64,000 nucleotides of DNA from an uncultured Eubacteriales bacterium. GTDB taxonomy: Bacteria > Bacillota > Clostridia > Oscillospirales > Acutalibacteraceae. The stretch is from the NCBI GenBank assembly GCA_900322085.1, contig ONYN01000122.1, positions 460 to 64,459 on the forward strand. The letters run 5' to 3'. The translations under genes and the position numbers were made by a program. Numbering within the stretch: the stretch's first letter is position 1; the number at the start of each line of letters is the position of its first letter. A model generated the notes under the pieces. That model was not told where the DNA came from. It did not search any database and saw nothing but the letters and a program-made list of their open reading frames with translations. Positions 1-10,235 of the stretch are shown in pieces.

Positions 1-977
1 ATGTAATCCGGTATTGTTATATGTGTTATCTCGGTGCAGTCATTAAAAGCATATCCACTTATGCTTGTAACAGATCCATCATCCGGAATAATACTGTTGT
101 TGCATCCGAATAGCAAGTATTTGTCTTCTGTTTCAATCAAGCAATTATTCTTTGAATGATAAACTGTGTTGTTTTCATCTACGGTTATTCTTTCAACATT
201 AGAACACCCCTCAAATGCACCTTCAGATATAGATATAATGTTTTCAGGAATATCAATAATTGTCAGTCTGGCACAGTTTTTAAATGCATAATAATCGATA
301 CTTTTAACAGATCCGTCATCAGGAATAATACTGTTTTTACAACCATATATCAGTGTTTTTTCCTCTGTTTCAATAAGGCAGTTACCAGTTGAATGATAAA
401 TTGTGTTTTTTTCATCTACTGTTATGCTTTCAACATTAGAACACCCTTCAAACGATCCCCATTCTATACTTGTTATGTTCTCAGGAATAATAATGCTTTC
501 AAGAGAAATACAATCCGCAAATGAGTATTCATATAAAGTATTAACGCCACTGCCGAATGACACATTTTTAAGCCCACCACAACCACAGAATGCATATTCA
601 CCAATGTTGGTTACACTATTAGGAATTGTAATGTCTGTAAGCCCATTACAACCATAGAATGCATAATTGCCTATACTTGTAACTTCACCTTTAAAGGCGA
701 CTCTCTTCATTGAACTGTAATATTGTCTCCATGGTGCAGTAGTTACAAATAAATCGGTCGCTTGTTCATAGTTGGACCAATAACCATACATATCACCAGT
801 TCCGTTAATCGTCAATGTATCTGTATTTGTATCGTATTCCCAAGTCAGGTTAAACCCGCAAGGGTTCGTTACCGCCGAAGTAATAACATCAAACAGATAA
901 AAGCCTTCGGCCGATGCCACACCGAATGTCATAATGACACACAGCAGAACAGCTAATGCTTTCCTAAAAGATTTCAT
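1..977 (-). CDS. BspA-type leucine-rich-repeat cell-surface protein, N-terminal part (3' end runs off the left window edge)
   Basis: The reverse-complement frame is open from ATG at 977-975 to position 1. It is absent from the ORF track because it has no stop in the window. The translation starts MKSFRKALAVLLCVIMTFGVASAEG (signal peptide). It continues with repeated ~23-aa units such as EVTSIGNYAFYGCNGLTDITIPNSVTNIGEYAFCGCGGLKNV and IPENITSIEWGSFEGCSNVESITV, which is the BspA-like LRR signature. Confidence 0.8.
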   Translation of the reverse strand, partial: MKSFRKALAVLLCVIMTFGVASAEGFYLFDVITSAVTNPCGFNLTWEYDTNTDTLTINGTGDMYGYWSNYEQATDLFVTTAPWRQYYSSMKRVAFKGEVTSIGNYAFYGCNGLTDITIPNSVTNIGEYAFCGCGGLKNVSFGSGVNTLYEYSFADCISLESIIIPENITSIEWGSFEGCSNVESITVDEKNTIYHSTGNCLIETEEKTLIYGCKNSIIPDDGSVKSIDYYAFKNCARLTIIDIPENIISISEGAFEGCSNVERITVDENNTVYHSKNNCLIETEDKYLLFGCNNSIIPDDGSVTSISGYAFNDCTEITHITIPDY

Positions 978-1178
978 AATCGACACCCCTGTAATTATTT
1001 ATGATTGAAATAATCTGTTTATTTATTGTTCATACACGTTAACTGATATTGAAAAGAATTTACATTTTATTAATCATCAGTGCGGAACATTATGCGGTAT
1101 GTTAAACCTTCCTCAAATAATCCATATAATAATTATGTATGGTATGGAACTGTTGAGGAGGAATTAATACCTTTTAAT

Positions 1179-2153
1179 CTATCTGTAATCTATAACATTA
1201 TGGTCACAATCCAGTTTTACAGGTCTGTTGTAAAAGTTAAATCCTCTGTCGAATGTGTTGAACCAGCCTTTTTGAATTATATGCGAATGAAGCAGCAAAT
1301 CAAAATCACTGCGTTCAAAATCATTTTTGACCGGTTTATACCACCTGTCAACATCCTTCTTGTCAAAATGGAAAAGGTCAATTGTTCCGATTGAAACAGC
1401 CTCCTCCATAGGAGCAAATATTTTTTTGATTGAATCGGGAACGCTTTTGTTCTTCAATTCTTCAAATGTTATATAATCACTGTCAGGGTCCACCATCATA
1501 AACATAAAGCCGTTTTCTTCGCAATATTTCTGCAGCGCATTGTATTTTTCAATATTCAAATGATAACTCATAGCAATCGCAGGCTTAACTTCAATTATTC
1601 CGATGCGGTTGTCGTTTGTTAAAATTACAATATCCGGGGAGTATTTGTTGTGAGAAGTAAAATAAGTCGGGTAATCAATGATTAATGCCTGACCGCCGAT
1701 AGCACTGACAACTCCGCTACGCTCAAGATATTCCAGTATTCGTATTTCACTGTTTGAATCGCATTCAATTACATTGCCGCATTTTGTTTTAATCTTTTTA
1801 ATCGGTTTGCCTGAAGGGCTTTTGCCGCAAGACCAGTCAGCGAGATTATTGAAATCATCTGAAGAACAGCGCTTTGCGGCATCTTTGTTCTTAAATTTTG
1901 ACAAGAACCAATGCTCTTTCGGCTTTTCCGGTTGTTTTTTAGGCATTTTGTTTTTTGACTTTATCATTTGAGATTTGTCTTTCAATGACCAGACAAGGTT
2001 TTCGTCCCGCACAAAGATATCTTTACACTCATCACTGTAAAGAAAAGGTTTGAGATAAATAACACTTATTCCGAGCTTCGAAGCGATTTCTTCTGCTTTT
2101 AATCCATTCGGATATTTCATCAGCAGATCTTTGATTTTTTCAACTGTAATCAA
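1179..2153 (-). CDS. Winged-helix + TnsA-N-like PD-(D/E)xK nuclease domain protein
   Basis: TTG start lies 7 nt after AGGAGA. The N-terminus looks like a wHTH (KYPNGLKAEEIASKLGISVIYLKPFLY). The C-terminal half has the TnsA-endonuclease-N pattern ECDSNSEIRILEYLE ... KYSPDIVILT ... GIIEVKP. Confidence 0.6.
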   Translation of the reverse strand: MITVEKIKDLLMKYPNGLKAEEIASKLGISVIYLKPFLYSDECKDIFVRDENLVWSLKDKSQMIKSKNKMPKKQPEKPKEHWFLSKFKNKDAAKRCSSDDFNNLADWSCGKSPSGKPIKKIKTKCGNVIECDSNSEIRILEYLERSGVVSAIGGQALIIDYPTYFTSHNKYSPDIVILTNDNRIGIIEVKPAIAMSYHLNIEKYNALQKYCEENGFMFMMVDPDSDYITFEELKNKSVPDSIKKIFAPMEEAVSIGTIDLFHFDKKDVDRWYKPVKNDFERSDFDLLLHSHIIQKGWFNTFDRGFNFYNRPVKLDCDHNVIDYR

Positions 2154-2257
2154 ACAACCATCTCCTAATCTCAGCTATAAGGCCTTCCTCAAAATTCCCA
2201 TATTAAAAAATTGTATATTGTATGGTTAATATTGAGGATGGATATTTATTTGTTTTT

Positions 2258-5200
2258 TCAATCAACTTTAGCTGTAATAATGTATTTACTCTCGGCTTCG
2301 ACGGTGTATTTTTCTTTATTAAAGTCATCGAATATTACATCAGTCAATATATACAGTTGAGGATTATCTGAATTTACATCGGTAACATAATAAATAAAAT
2401 ATTTTCCTTGATGAGCAACTGCAAAATCATACTCATTGTTTGACAAATAGAATTTGATCCCATCGTTGATAGACTTCGCTGATGTTTTCACTTCGACAAA
2501 GAATCTGTTGTTATTCTCATCAATATATTCCATATCATAACCGAGACCTGCGCGACCCTCTGGATTGATATTTTCTTTTTTCGCATTTTCGGAAATCCAA
2601 TAGACTTTGTGGTGCTTTTTTAACAAATCATAAACATACCTCTCCCCGTTTTTACCATTTCGAACTTGAGATGCTTTTGATTCGTTATTTTTAAATCCAA
2701 CGGTATTGTTATTCGGCTTTACATTTGAAAAAGTAGCGGGTTTAATCGAAAAGTTTTTTACGACTCGAAGTTCTTTATGCGGGCTTTCAATTAATGATGT
2801 ATCGACGGTTTCATCATTATACGATGACAAATATTCTTCAAATCTTCTTCCAAGTTCTTCAAATTCAGCATAATACAGTAAGCTTGTGTTTTCGTTATTT
2901 GACAGAAAACTATCAATAAGATTAAAACCCTCTTTGATGCTTGAAGTCCATTTCTCTTTATTGGTTTTGTAGATCTTGTTTAAATCCATTTGTTTTTCCG
3001 GTTTATTTAAAGAAAATCTTTTAAAAACCACCTCCTCAGCGTTAAAATATGCTGAGTTATGAATGATGTAATCTGCATTATCAAAGTCGAAAAAACAGTC
3101 GACAAGTCGCTTTTTTTCATCAATTGACTTTGTTTTCAACTTTTTATAAATAATGCTTTTATATAATTCGCGATAATCCTGCTTTATTCTTTCTATCTCA
3201 CTTTGAAAATATGAGGTTAAATCAATTTCGCTTGAAACATTACAACTGTTATAATCATCAAAATCTATCTCTAATTTTTTGAATAATTCTATTAAGACAG
3301 AAGCGTTACCTTTCCCGGAAAAATGATCAAAATCAATATTATGAGATAATTGTCTAATATACTTTTTATCATTTTTTGTGATTTTAGAAACAGTGTTGAT
3401 AAATTCATCCTTGATATCTTCTTTAAAATCAAAATACCCTAACGCTTCTTGGACAAGGTGTTCTGATTCTGTGCTGTAGAGATACTCGAGCCGTTCTGAT
3501 TGGCTACCTCGGAAAAACAGGTTTGCGATGTCTTTTAAGGGTTTCGCTATATCCAGGCAAGAGCATATTACTTCCGCTATAGCAAAAGAAAATTTTTGAT
3601 TGTGTTTCATCAGGTTTAATGAGAAATCATAAGGGACTTTTATATATGCTTTACGCTTTTCGCAAACAATATACTCATAATCATCCAGCCGGACTTGGAA
3701 TTTACTGTTATATAAAGCTGTTATTTCAGAACACAAGCAAATATTAATTGAAAGCATTTTTCTTGCTTCGTCCCGAATATCTGTTTTGGATGACAAATCT
3801 TTTAATCTATAAATAAAGCATAAGGGGAGAAACTCCTTGAAATCTCGCCCGAATGTTGATGAATCGTTATGAAGAATCGGTTCCCCAACCGGCTCCCCAT
3901 GAATTCTCAATTCTTTAACACCGAATACTTTTTGAACCTTTGCGACACTTTCTCTTGTATCAAGGCAAATGGTATTAAAATTATTCAAGACCTGTCGGCT
4001 GATACCTTTTTCTGCTAAATAGTAGGTTTCTTTAATCGGTTTATATCCATTATTTGTATAAACCATTCCCTGCTCTAAAAAAGCTTTTCTTTCATCACAT
4101 TCAATTGTCTTTGAATCAAAGTCTTTCTCAAGCAAACATGAATACAAAGATTTTGCTATTGATGATGATTCTTCAATTTCGCACAAATGCATTAACACAC
4201 TGTAGATTTTACTGACAGGCAAATCGTCAAATTCGTTTAATCCTTCTTTAACGCCTAAATCTTTAAAAATTCGTTTGTATTCTTTTCTGACAGTGCTTTT
4301 GTTCTCGTCAATGTTTTTTATATAGTCATCTATGTCCGGAGAAACTAAGTGTGGAGCAAGATTACAATTGCTGTTAAGGATTAAACAATCGTCTATATTA
4401 TATCTCTTGTCATCAACTTGTATCCAGGGAACGGTGCAAAACAAATAATAAATATATGAGTATGGTTTCTTTATTTCATCTATTCTTTGAAATCGGCTGA
4501 TTTTATTTCCCCAAAGCACATTAACGCTACTGGTTGTTGCTTCGTGCTTTGTTGTTAACATACTCCTTAAAGAATCATCATTCCTAATCCATTCTATTAT
4601 ATCTGTGGTTCTGCTGGTTTTTAAGATTTTTTCAAGATTCTCAATTGAAGATCTTTCATATTCGACTTCTGTTATTGCCTTTGAAAAAGCGGAACTTGTT
4701 TTATAAGAATCGTTTCCGATTTTATATGGGTATTTTAGTTCTTCAACCAGTTTACATATAAAATCTCTGTCTTTGCCTCCATACCACCATGAATTATGGA
4801 TGCTGACAGATTCTTTGATTAATCGCGGCAGAGAATCTATACCAAGTTTTTCAAGGAATTCATTTATTAATTCCGTCGGTTGATTCCCAATTATTTCGTG
4901 AATATCGGCGGCAAAGTCAGCTGAGCCGACTTTACCGAGAAGATTGTCACATAAATCATAACCGTATTCTTTGCCTAAATAAAGGGTGCTCGATTTTTTG
5001 TATGTTTTTTTCCTTGTGTAAAACAATATATCAATCGTGGTGCTGTCATCTGATAAGACTATATCTCGATTGTCCCAAAGCCACTTTATAATTTTATCCC
5101 AGTAAGGCTTGGTCTTTTTTTTGCTACTGATTGTTATGTTTAATAACTCTATTATTTCATCAGAATTGTATTCTTTTATACCTAAAGCATCAAAGTATTT

Positions 5201-6916
5201 AAGTGCTTCATCTTTATCATCAAAAATATTCCGAAGAAGATATTCCCTCATAAATGAGTTAAGAAACTCAACTTTTACAAACTCCGGCAGTTTTGAAATA
5301 CTGAGTCCTTCATCTAAGAAAAAAATCGGTATGCCAAAAGGAATGAGTTCATAATCTTCATTAAAAAAGAATGCCGGCATATCATTTGGGTTGGCGTTTT
5401 TGTTAATGTTCCAAGAAAACTCATCTTTAAATGCTTTTGCTGTTCGAGCTATATGCCTTATTTTTTCTTTATTGCCTTCGATATTATCTGTTTTGACATT
5501 TTGTCTCTTAACCCAAGCCTTTACTATTTTGCAGGCATTTTCAAATGAAAATTTATAATCATCTGGGTCTACCGGAAACAAATCATAAATAAAACTGCTT
5601 AAATCTTCTTCTTCCTCAGTATCAAAATCTAAAAGAACTCTGTCAAAATCTTTACCCCTTAAGTATTTAGAAAGACCGGTATTATACCACACAGGCTGAT
5701 ATGTCATCGGTATATATTTTCCGTTGACATTTGGAAGAATCGGCTTTTTAGTTGCGCTGTCCAAAAGATAATCTTCAAATTTATAATCTTTGGATAAATC
5801 AACAGGAAGTTTGCTGTCGTTAATAAGCAGTTTGCAAATTTCATAATCAGCACGTTTTTTTTGTGCAATTTTAATAGCAATATCGACCATAAAACCAGCT
5901 GCCGCTTTTAATATGGTTTTATTTGCGTCCGAATCTTTGGCTAAATGGTTTCTGTTTTGATCAAGAGAAAAACTGGCATGCAAAAGAAACGGATATGGAA
6001 ATACAACATCCGTTTTAAAATAACTATATAAAAATTGTTCATCTTCATCTATTCCCTGATCACAATAAGCTAAGGAAATAATATATGCCTTTTCTTTCGG
6101 CTTTCCGTTATCATCAGTATCAAGATTGTCTATTGTTGTGCCGGTTTTTGTTCGGACATGCCATTCTTTTTCACTTACAATACAATTATTAACTGTTTTG
6201 GAAAGGACAACGCTATTTTTCTTTTTCTTTTTTGAATAAACAACTGAGTATTCATCCGTGTCAATAGACAATATTTCTGTTCGATTCAGGAAAAGAAGAA
6301 TATTTTCATCAAGATTTTTTATCTGATTAATAATCTCTTTGTGTTTCCCTTTTTTAACTTTTAGGGAAATAGTTGTTGTATATTCACTTGCTTTTTTTTC
6401 ACCTATCCATTCGGGAAAAGCTAATGTGGGAGCTTTTTTGTTTTTTACAGGTTCCTTATATTTTGATAATATATCGTTCATTACGGATTTAGCATAATCC
6501 TCAGAAAAACGAACATGCAAATCTCCGCTGTGAATGGTAATTTCATTTGCCCAGTTTAATACAGATCGGAAGCCGGTCCCTTTGTTGCCGATAACTTCTT
6601 TTTGCCTTTCCCTTTTTGAACTGTTGTTAGAATACATTAAAGATATTATGCCGTCTTCAGTAAAAGGAGAACCATAATTTGAGATTGTTAAAACATCTTT
6701 TTTAAACGATATTTCAACTTTTTTATACTCAGATGATGCCTTTTTATCAATTTCATCATCAGCATTTTGCAACAATTCAAGAATTTCACGTCCGTGATAT
6801 GATTGCCAGTCTTTAGTTTCACGGTCATAGTCAGTTCCGACTTGGGCGTTTTCAGTTAAATAAATCGTCTTTTTATTCTCGTTTTTCTCAAGAATAAATT
6901 TCTTCATTTTATTCAT
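2258..6916 (-). CDS. Sacsin/NO VEIN-type GHKL (HSP90-like) ATPase fused to C-terminal DUF3883 restriction-endonuclease-fold domain, 1552 aa
   Basis: The N-box and G2-box of the Bergerat fold are present (REILELLQNADDE; GNKGTGFRSVLNW). The extreme C-terminus (GERYVYDLL ... GLGYDMEYIDENNNRFFVEVKTS ... YLSNNEYDFA) matches the DUF3883 PD-(D/E)xK module. About 1100 aa in the middle are unassigned. Confidence 0.7.
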   Translation of the reverse strand: MNKMKKFILEKNENKKTIYLTENAQVGTDYDRETKDWQSYHGREILELLQNADDEIDKKASSEYKKVEISFKKDVLTISNYGSPFTEDGIISLMYSNNSSKRERQKEVIGNKGTGFRSVLNWANEITIHSGDLHVRFSEDYAKSVMNDILSKYKEPVKNKKAPTLAFPEWIGEKKASEYTTTISLKVKKGKHKEIINQIKNLDENILLFLNRTEILSIDTDEYSVVYSKKKKKNSVVLSKTVNNCIVSEKEWHVRTKTGTTIDNLDTDDNGKPKEKAYIISLAYCDQGIDEDEQFLYSYFKTDVVFPYPFLLHASFSLDQNRNHLAKDSDANKTILKAAAGFMVDIAIKIAQKKRADYEICKLLINDSKLPVDLSKDYKFEDYLLDSATKKPILPNVNGKYIPMTYQPVWYNTGLSKYLRGKDFDRVLLDFDTEEEEDLSSFIYDLFPVDPDDYKFSFENACKIVKAWVKRQNVKTDNIEGNKEKIRHIARTAKAFKDEFSWNINKNANPNDMPAFFFNEDYELIPFGIPIFFLDEGLSISKLPEFVKVEFLNSFMREYLLRNIFDDKDEALKYFDALGIKEYNSDEIIELLNITISSKKKTKPYWDKIIKWLWDNRDIVLSDDSTTIDILFYTRKKTYKKSSTLYLGKEYGYDLCDNLLGKVGSADFAADIHEIIGNQPTELINEFLEKLGIDSLPRLIKESVSIHNSWWYGGKDRDFICKLVEELKYPYKIGNDSYKTSSAFSKAITEVEYERSSIENLEKILKTSRTTDIIEWIRNDDSLRSMLTTKHEATTSSVNVLWGNKISRFQRIDEIKKPYSYIYYLFCTVPWIQVDDKRYNIDDCLILNSNCNLAPHLVSPDIDDYIKNIDENKSTVRKEYKRIFKDLGVKEGLNEFDDLPVSKIYSVLMHLCEIEESSSIAKSLYSCLLEKDFDSKTIECDERKAFLEQGMVYTNNGYKPIKETYYLAEKGISRQVLNNFNTICLDTRESVAKVQKVFGVKELRIHGEPVGEPILHNDSSTFGRDFKEFLPLCFIYRLKDLSSKTDIRDEARKMLSINICLCSEITALYNSKFQVRLDDYEYIVCEKRKAYIKVPYDFSLNLMKHNQKFSFAIAEVICSCLDIAKPLKDIANLFFRGSQSERLEYLYSTESEHLVQEALGYFDFKEDIKDEFINTVSKITKNDKKYIRQLSHNIDFDHFSGKGNASVLIELFKKLEIDFDDYNSCNVSSEIDLTSYFQSEIERIKQDYRELYKSIIYKKLKTKSIDEKKRLVDCFFDFDNADYIIHNSAYFNAEEVVFKRFSLNKPEKQMDLNKIYKTNKEKWTSSIKEGFNLIDSFLSNNENTSLLYYAEFEELGRRFEEYLSSYNDETVDTSLIESPHKELRVVKNFSIKPATFSNVKPNNNTVGFKNNESKASQVRNGKNGERYVYDLLKKHHKVYWISENAKKENINPEGRAGLGYDMEYIDENNNRFFVEVKTSAKSINDGIKFYLSNNEYDFAVAHQGKYFIYYVTDVNSDNPQLYILTDVIFDDFNKEKYTVEAESKYIITAKVD

Positions 6917-6999
6917 ATAAGAACCCCGGTAAAGTAAGTTTATAATACTTCAATTATAATATCCTGTTGCTTTGTTATTTTTCGTCGCATTTAAACAAA

Positions 7000-9900
7000 T
7001 TACGCCGAAATCCAGCCATAGCCCTGAACTGCCATGTCAATAAAGTGATTCAACAGAAGCATTGCCTTCGAGTTGAACGAAACAATATCATAGCTGTCGG
7101 GTAAATCATGGTCGAGAGAATCTTTGATTTCGCTTTCGATTTTCTTCACCGGCTGTTCATCTCTGTACCAGTCAACAACAAACAGTTCGGCTTTCTTTTC
7201 GGTCAATTTCTTATAAAGATTCTTTGCAGAAAGCTTAACTATCTGCTCTTCTGCCTTCGTGAGCTTTTTGCCGACAATAAGCAAATCGTATAGTTCCAGC
7301 TCTTCCTCGGTCAAGCCCTCGGTCTGAGCTCGGTTATCCTCTTCTTTAAGGTCATTTATGAGCTGAATCAACTGCTCATAGTAATCCTCATTCTCGCTGC
7401 CTCCGGCGTTATAGCGGTCAATAATACCCTTATATCTTTGCGAGAACTGCATTCTGGTAATATTTTTATTTATCATCTGCTCAAGCGCTCTTTCAAGAAA
7501 TGCTTTGAGGTCATCAATCTCAATTGCTTTGTATTTTGCCTGGCGTATTTCTTTTCTGAGTTCTTCAGCATCAATGCTTGAAAGATTAATAAACTTATCC
7601 TGATGAATTACAATTTCCTGCTGGTCTTCGGTTTTTGCCGCTTCAACGCTGTAATCAAGCACCGTCTGCATACGGATACGCGCTTCTTTGACTTTTTCAT
7701 CGTCAATGGTATGTTTCAGCAATCCGTGAATATATGCCAAAGGCGCAAATTTGCTGTTATACCAGTTTCTTTCAAATATCTCGGGCTTTGACGCTTCATA
7801 CAGGTTCATCAGTGTATTAAGTAGCACTTTTGCCTGAGTTTTGGTGTCATCATTTGCAACAATGGTGTTATAAACATCCCTGAGCAGATCAAGTCTGTCA
7901 AGGGTGTTTTCCTCTGCAATTATGCTGTCAATATCAATGCCGATTGATTTGAAATAAGAATCTGTTTCTTCTATTGTCGCATCAGTATATGCAATCAGCT
8001 GCGTAACATCTTTTGCAGGGAATTCATCGCTGTCATCACCTGTGGCATACTGCGACAGAGCGGTTTTCATAAATTTAAAAATGTTTACATAGTCAACAAT
8101 GATTCCGCAGGGCTTGTCAGGATATACTCTGTTTGCCCTTGCAATTGCCTGCATAAGGGTATGCCCCTTCATCGGCTTGTCAAGATAAAGGGTTGAAAGA
8201 TTAGGCACATCAAAGCCGGTCAGCCACATTGCGCAAACAAAAACCAACTGAAGCGAATCATCCGGGTCTTTGAATCTGTCTTCAATATCCTTGCCTTCAG
8301 GCGTTATTTCATTCATCTTGGCGCGGTGAGATTCAATATCAAGGCCGTATGCCGTGAATTTGTCTTTCTCCTCGGCATCTTCCGATATTATTACTGCCAT
8401 TTCTGCCTTGTTCATATAATCGAGAATGTCGGTTAACCTCTTGCGCTCATCAGCATCCGAAGTCTGATTGCGTTCTTTGATTATATCTTGCTTTTCAATC
8501 GCCCAGTAATGCTGAACTTTGTCATACATTTTAACAGCGGTATATTTATCAACAGATACAACCATGCCTTTTCCCATAAATCCGCGTCTCGGAAAGTGAT
8601 GGGCAATATCTCTGGCAATTTTATCAAGGCGGTCTTCGCGCTTGATTACCTCAAGCACTCTTGCCTGTGAGTTTTCAAGCAGACCGATTTCGTCTTCGTT
8701 AAGTTCAAGATCTTCAATAATGCTTTTAACATCATCATCGATAAAATCGTTTGTCAGCCATACTTCAGGAACCCTGCGTGAATAGAACAGCGGAACTGTT
8801 GAACCGTCTTCAATGCTCTGCGCAAAGTTATATTCCGAAACATAGTTGCCAAACCATTGATTTGTAAGGCGTTTTGCTCCGAGAAGCGGAGTTCCGGTAA
8901 ACGCTACATAGTTTGCGTTCGGCATTGAGCGGCGCATATTTTCGGCAAGGTCTTTATACTGCGTTCTGTGCGCTTCATCAACAAGAACAAATATGTCATC
9001 CCTGTCTGTCAACTTCGGGTATTTCTCGCCCTTGTCGGTTCTGAATTTATGTATCAGTGTAAATATGAACGGCTTGTTTGACTGCAGATATTCCCTGAGT
9101 TGCTTCGCGTTTTTTGGCTGGCATTCTTCTTTCGGACCGATTACATCTGTTCTTACAAAGGTCTTGTGAATCTGATTGTCAAGATCTTCTCTGTCTGTAA
9201 TAACAACAAATGTGAAGTTACCTGGTATTTTGCGCTTGACTTTGCGGGCAAACATAACCATTGAGAATGATTTGCCGCTGCCCTGTGTGTGCCAGAAAAC
9301 GCCGAGCTTGCCTTCGAGTTCTTTTCTGTTTTTGACCGATTCCATAAGATTGTTAACGCCGAGGAACTGATGGTTCTTCGCGATAATCTTTATGCTCTGA
9401 TTCTGAAAAATGATGAAGTTCTCAATATAATCAATCAGGCGGTCTCTGCGAAGCAAGCCGTCAATGAAATATTTAACAGAGCTCTCGCCCACATCATCGG
9501 CATTGCGAATCGCTTTTCTGTTGGGCTTCTCTTTTTCGCTGTCAACCTTCAGCCATTCAAAAAAGTATTCATATTTTGCATTGAATGCGCCGAGCCGGGT
9601 CTCAAGTCCGTTTGACAGCACACAAATCTGATTGAAAGCAAACAGATTCGGTATATCTTTTTTGTAATTAGTCAGGTTGTCATTATATGCGTCGCGGACT
9701 TTAACAATGCTGTTTTTAAGTTCAATAAACACAAGCGGCATACCGTTTACAAAAATAAGCACGTCGGGTCTGCGCCAATATACTTTGCCCTGAATCCACA
9801 TCTGCGAAACAGCGGTAAAAGTGTTATTCTCGGGGTTTTCAAAGTCAATGAGTTTTACAAAATCAAAATCTTCTTTTCCGTTGCGGCGAACCTTGATTTG

Positions 9901-10215
9901 TATGCTGTTTCTTATCTGATTATAGAGCTTGTAATTGACAGCGGTTATATCCCGACCTGTGAAATCTACGGTCAGGGTTTTAACAACTTCATTCAGTTTT
10001 TCATCCTCAATACCGGGATTGATTCTTCGCAGAGATTTTTTCAGAACTTCCGGCAGAACACACTGCCTTTTGTTGGTGCGGTATGTTCCGTCATCGGGAT
10101 CTTCTCTGTGAACAGGGTCGGGGTCGCAGCGAATGATATCGTAGCAAAACGGTGCGGCTTCAAGTTTTTCAAGTATCGCCTGCTCAATATCGTCTTCGGA
10201 TATGAAGTTGCTCAT
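7000..10215 (-). CDS. hsdR: Type I restriction enzyme R subunit (HsdR)
   Basis: The N-terminal nuclease motif is PDVLIFVNGMPLVFIELKN. SF2 helicase motifs are HTQGSGKS, VLVDEAHRTQY, FTGTPL and QAIARANR. ATG at 10215 has a GGAGA RBS, so the ORF-track TTG start at 10239 is probably an over-extension. Confidence 0.9.
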   Translation of the reverse strand: MSNFISEDDIEQAILEKLEAAPFCYDIIRCDPDPVHREDPDDGTYRTNKRQCVLPEVLKKSLRRINPGIEDEKLNEVVKTLTVDFTGRDITAVNYKLYNQIRNSIQIKVRRNGKEDFDFVKLIDFENPENNTFTAVSQMWIQGKVYWRRPDVLIFVNGMPLVFIELKNSIVKVRDAYNDNLTNYKKDIPNLFAFNQICVLSNGLETRLGAFNAKYEYFFEWLKVDSEKEKPNRKAIRNADDVGESSVKYFIDGLLRRDRLIDYIENFIIFQNQSIKIIAKNHQFLGVNNLMESVKNRKELEGKLGVFWHTQGSGKSFSMVMFARKVKRKIPGNFTFVVITDREDLDNQIHKTFVRTDVIGPKEECQPKNAKQLREYLQSNKPFIFTLIHKFRTDKGEKYPKLTDRDDIFVLVDEAHRTQYKDLAENMRRSMPNANYVAFTGTPLLGAKRLTNQWFGNYVSEYNFAQSIEDGSTVPLFYSRRVPEVWLTNDFIDDDVKSIIEDLELNEDEIGLLENSQARVLEVIKREDRLDKIARDIAHHFPRRGFMGKGMVVSVDKYTAVKMYDKVQHYWAIEKQDIIKERNQTSDADERKRLTDILDYMNKAEMAVIISEDAEEKDKFTAYGLDIESHRAKMNEITPEGKDIEDRFKDPDDSLQLVFVCAMWLTGFDVPNLSTLYLDKPMKGHTLMQAIARANRVYPDKPCGIIVDYVNIFKFMKTALSQYATGDDSDEFPAKDVTQLIAYTDATIEETDSYFKSIGIDIDSIIAEENTLDRLDLLRDVYNTIVANDDTKTQAKVLLNTLMNLYEASKPEIFERNWYNSKFAPLAYIHGLLKHTIDDEKVKEARIRMQTVLDYSVEAAKTEDQQEIVIHQDKFINLSSIDAEELRKEIRQAKYKAIEIDDLKAFLERALEQMINKNITRMQFSQRYKGIIDRYNAGGSENEDYYEQLIQLINDLKEEDNRAQTEGLTEEELELYDLLIVGKKLTKAEEQIVKLSAKNLYKKLTEKKAELFVVDWYRDEQPVKKIESEIKDSLDHDLPDSYDIVSFNSKAMLLLNHFIDMAVQGYGWISA

Positions 10216-10235
10216 AAGAAATTCTCCGTTTAAAC

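Noticed and set aside
156-956. Three plus-strand ORFs (156-392, 403-657, 762-956) from the ORF track
   Set aside because: They lie antisense to a continuous, motif-rich LRR coding frame with a signal peptide. Their translations are low-complexity and have no RBS.
5115-5122. Homopolymer tracts (T8 at 5115-5122 and similar A/T runs near 6225-6245) as slipped-strand phase-variation switches in the GHKL-DUF3883 gene
   Set aside because: The tracts are short (8 nt or less) and encode lysine runs, which are expected in an AT-rich gene. There is no evidence of frameshifted alternative frames.
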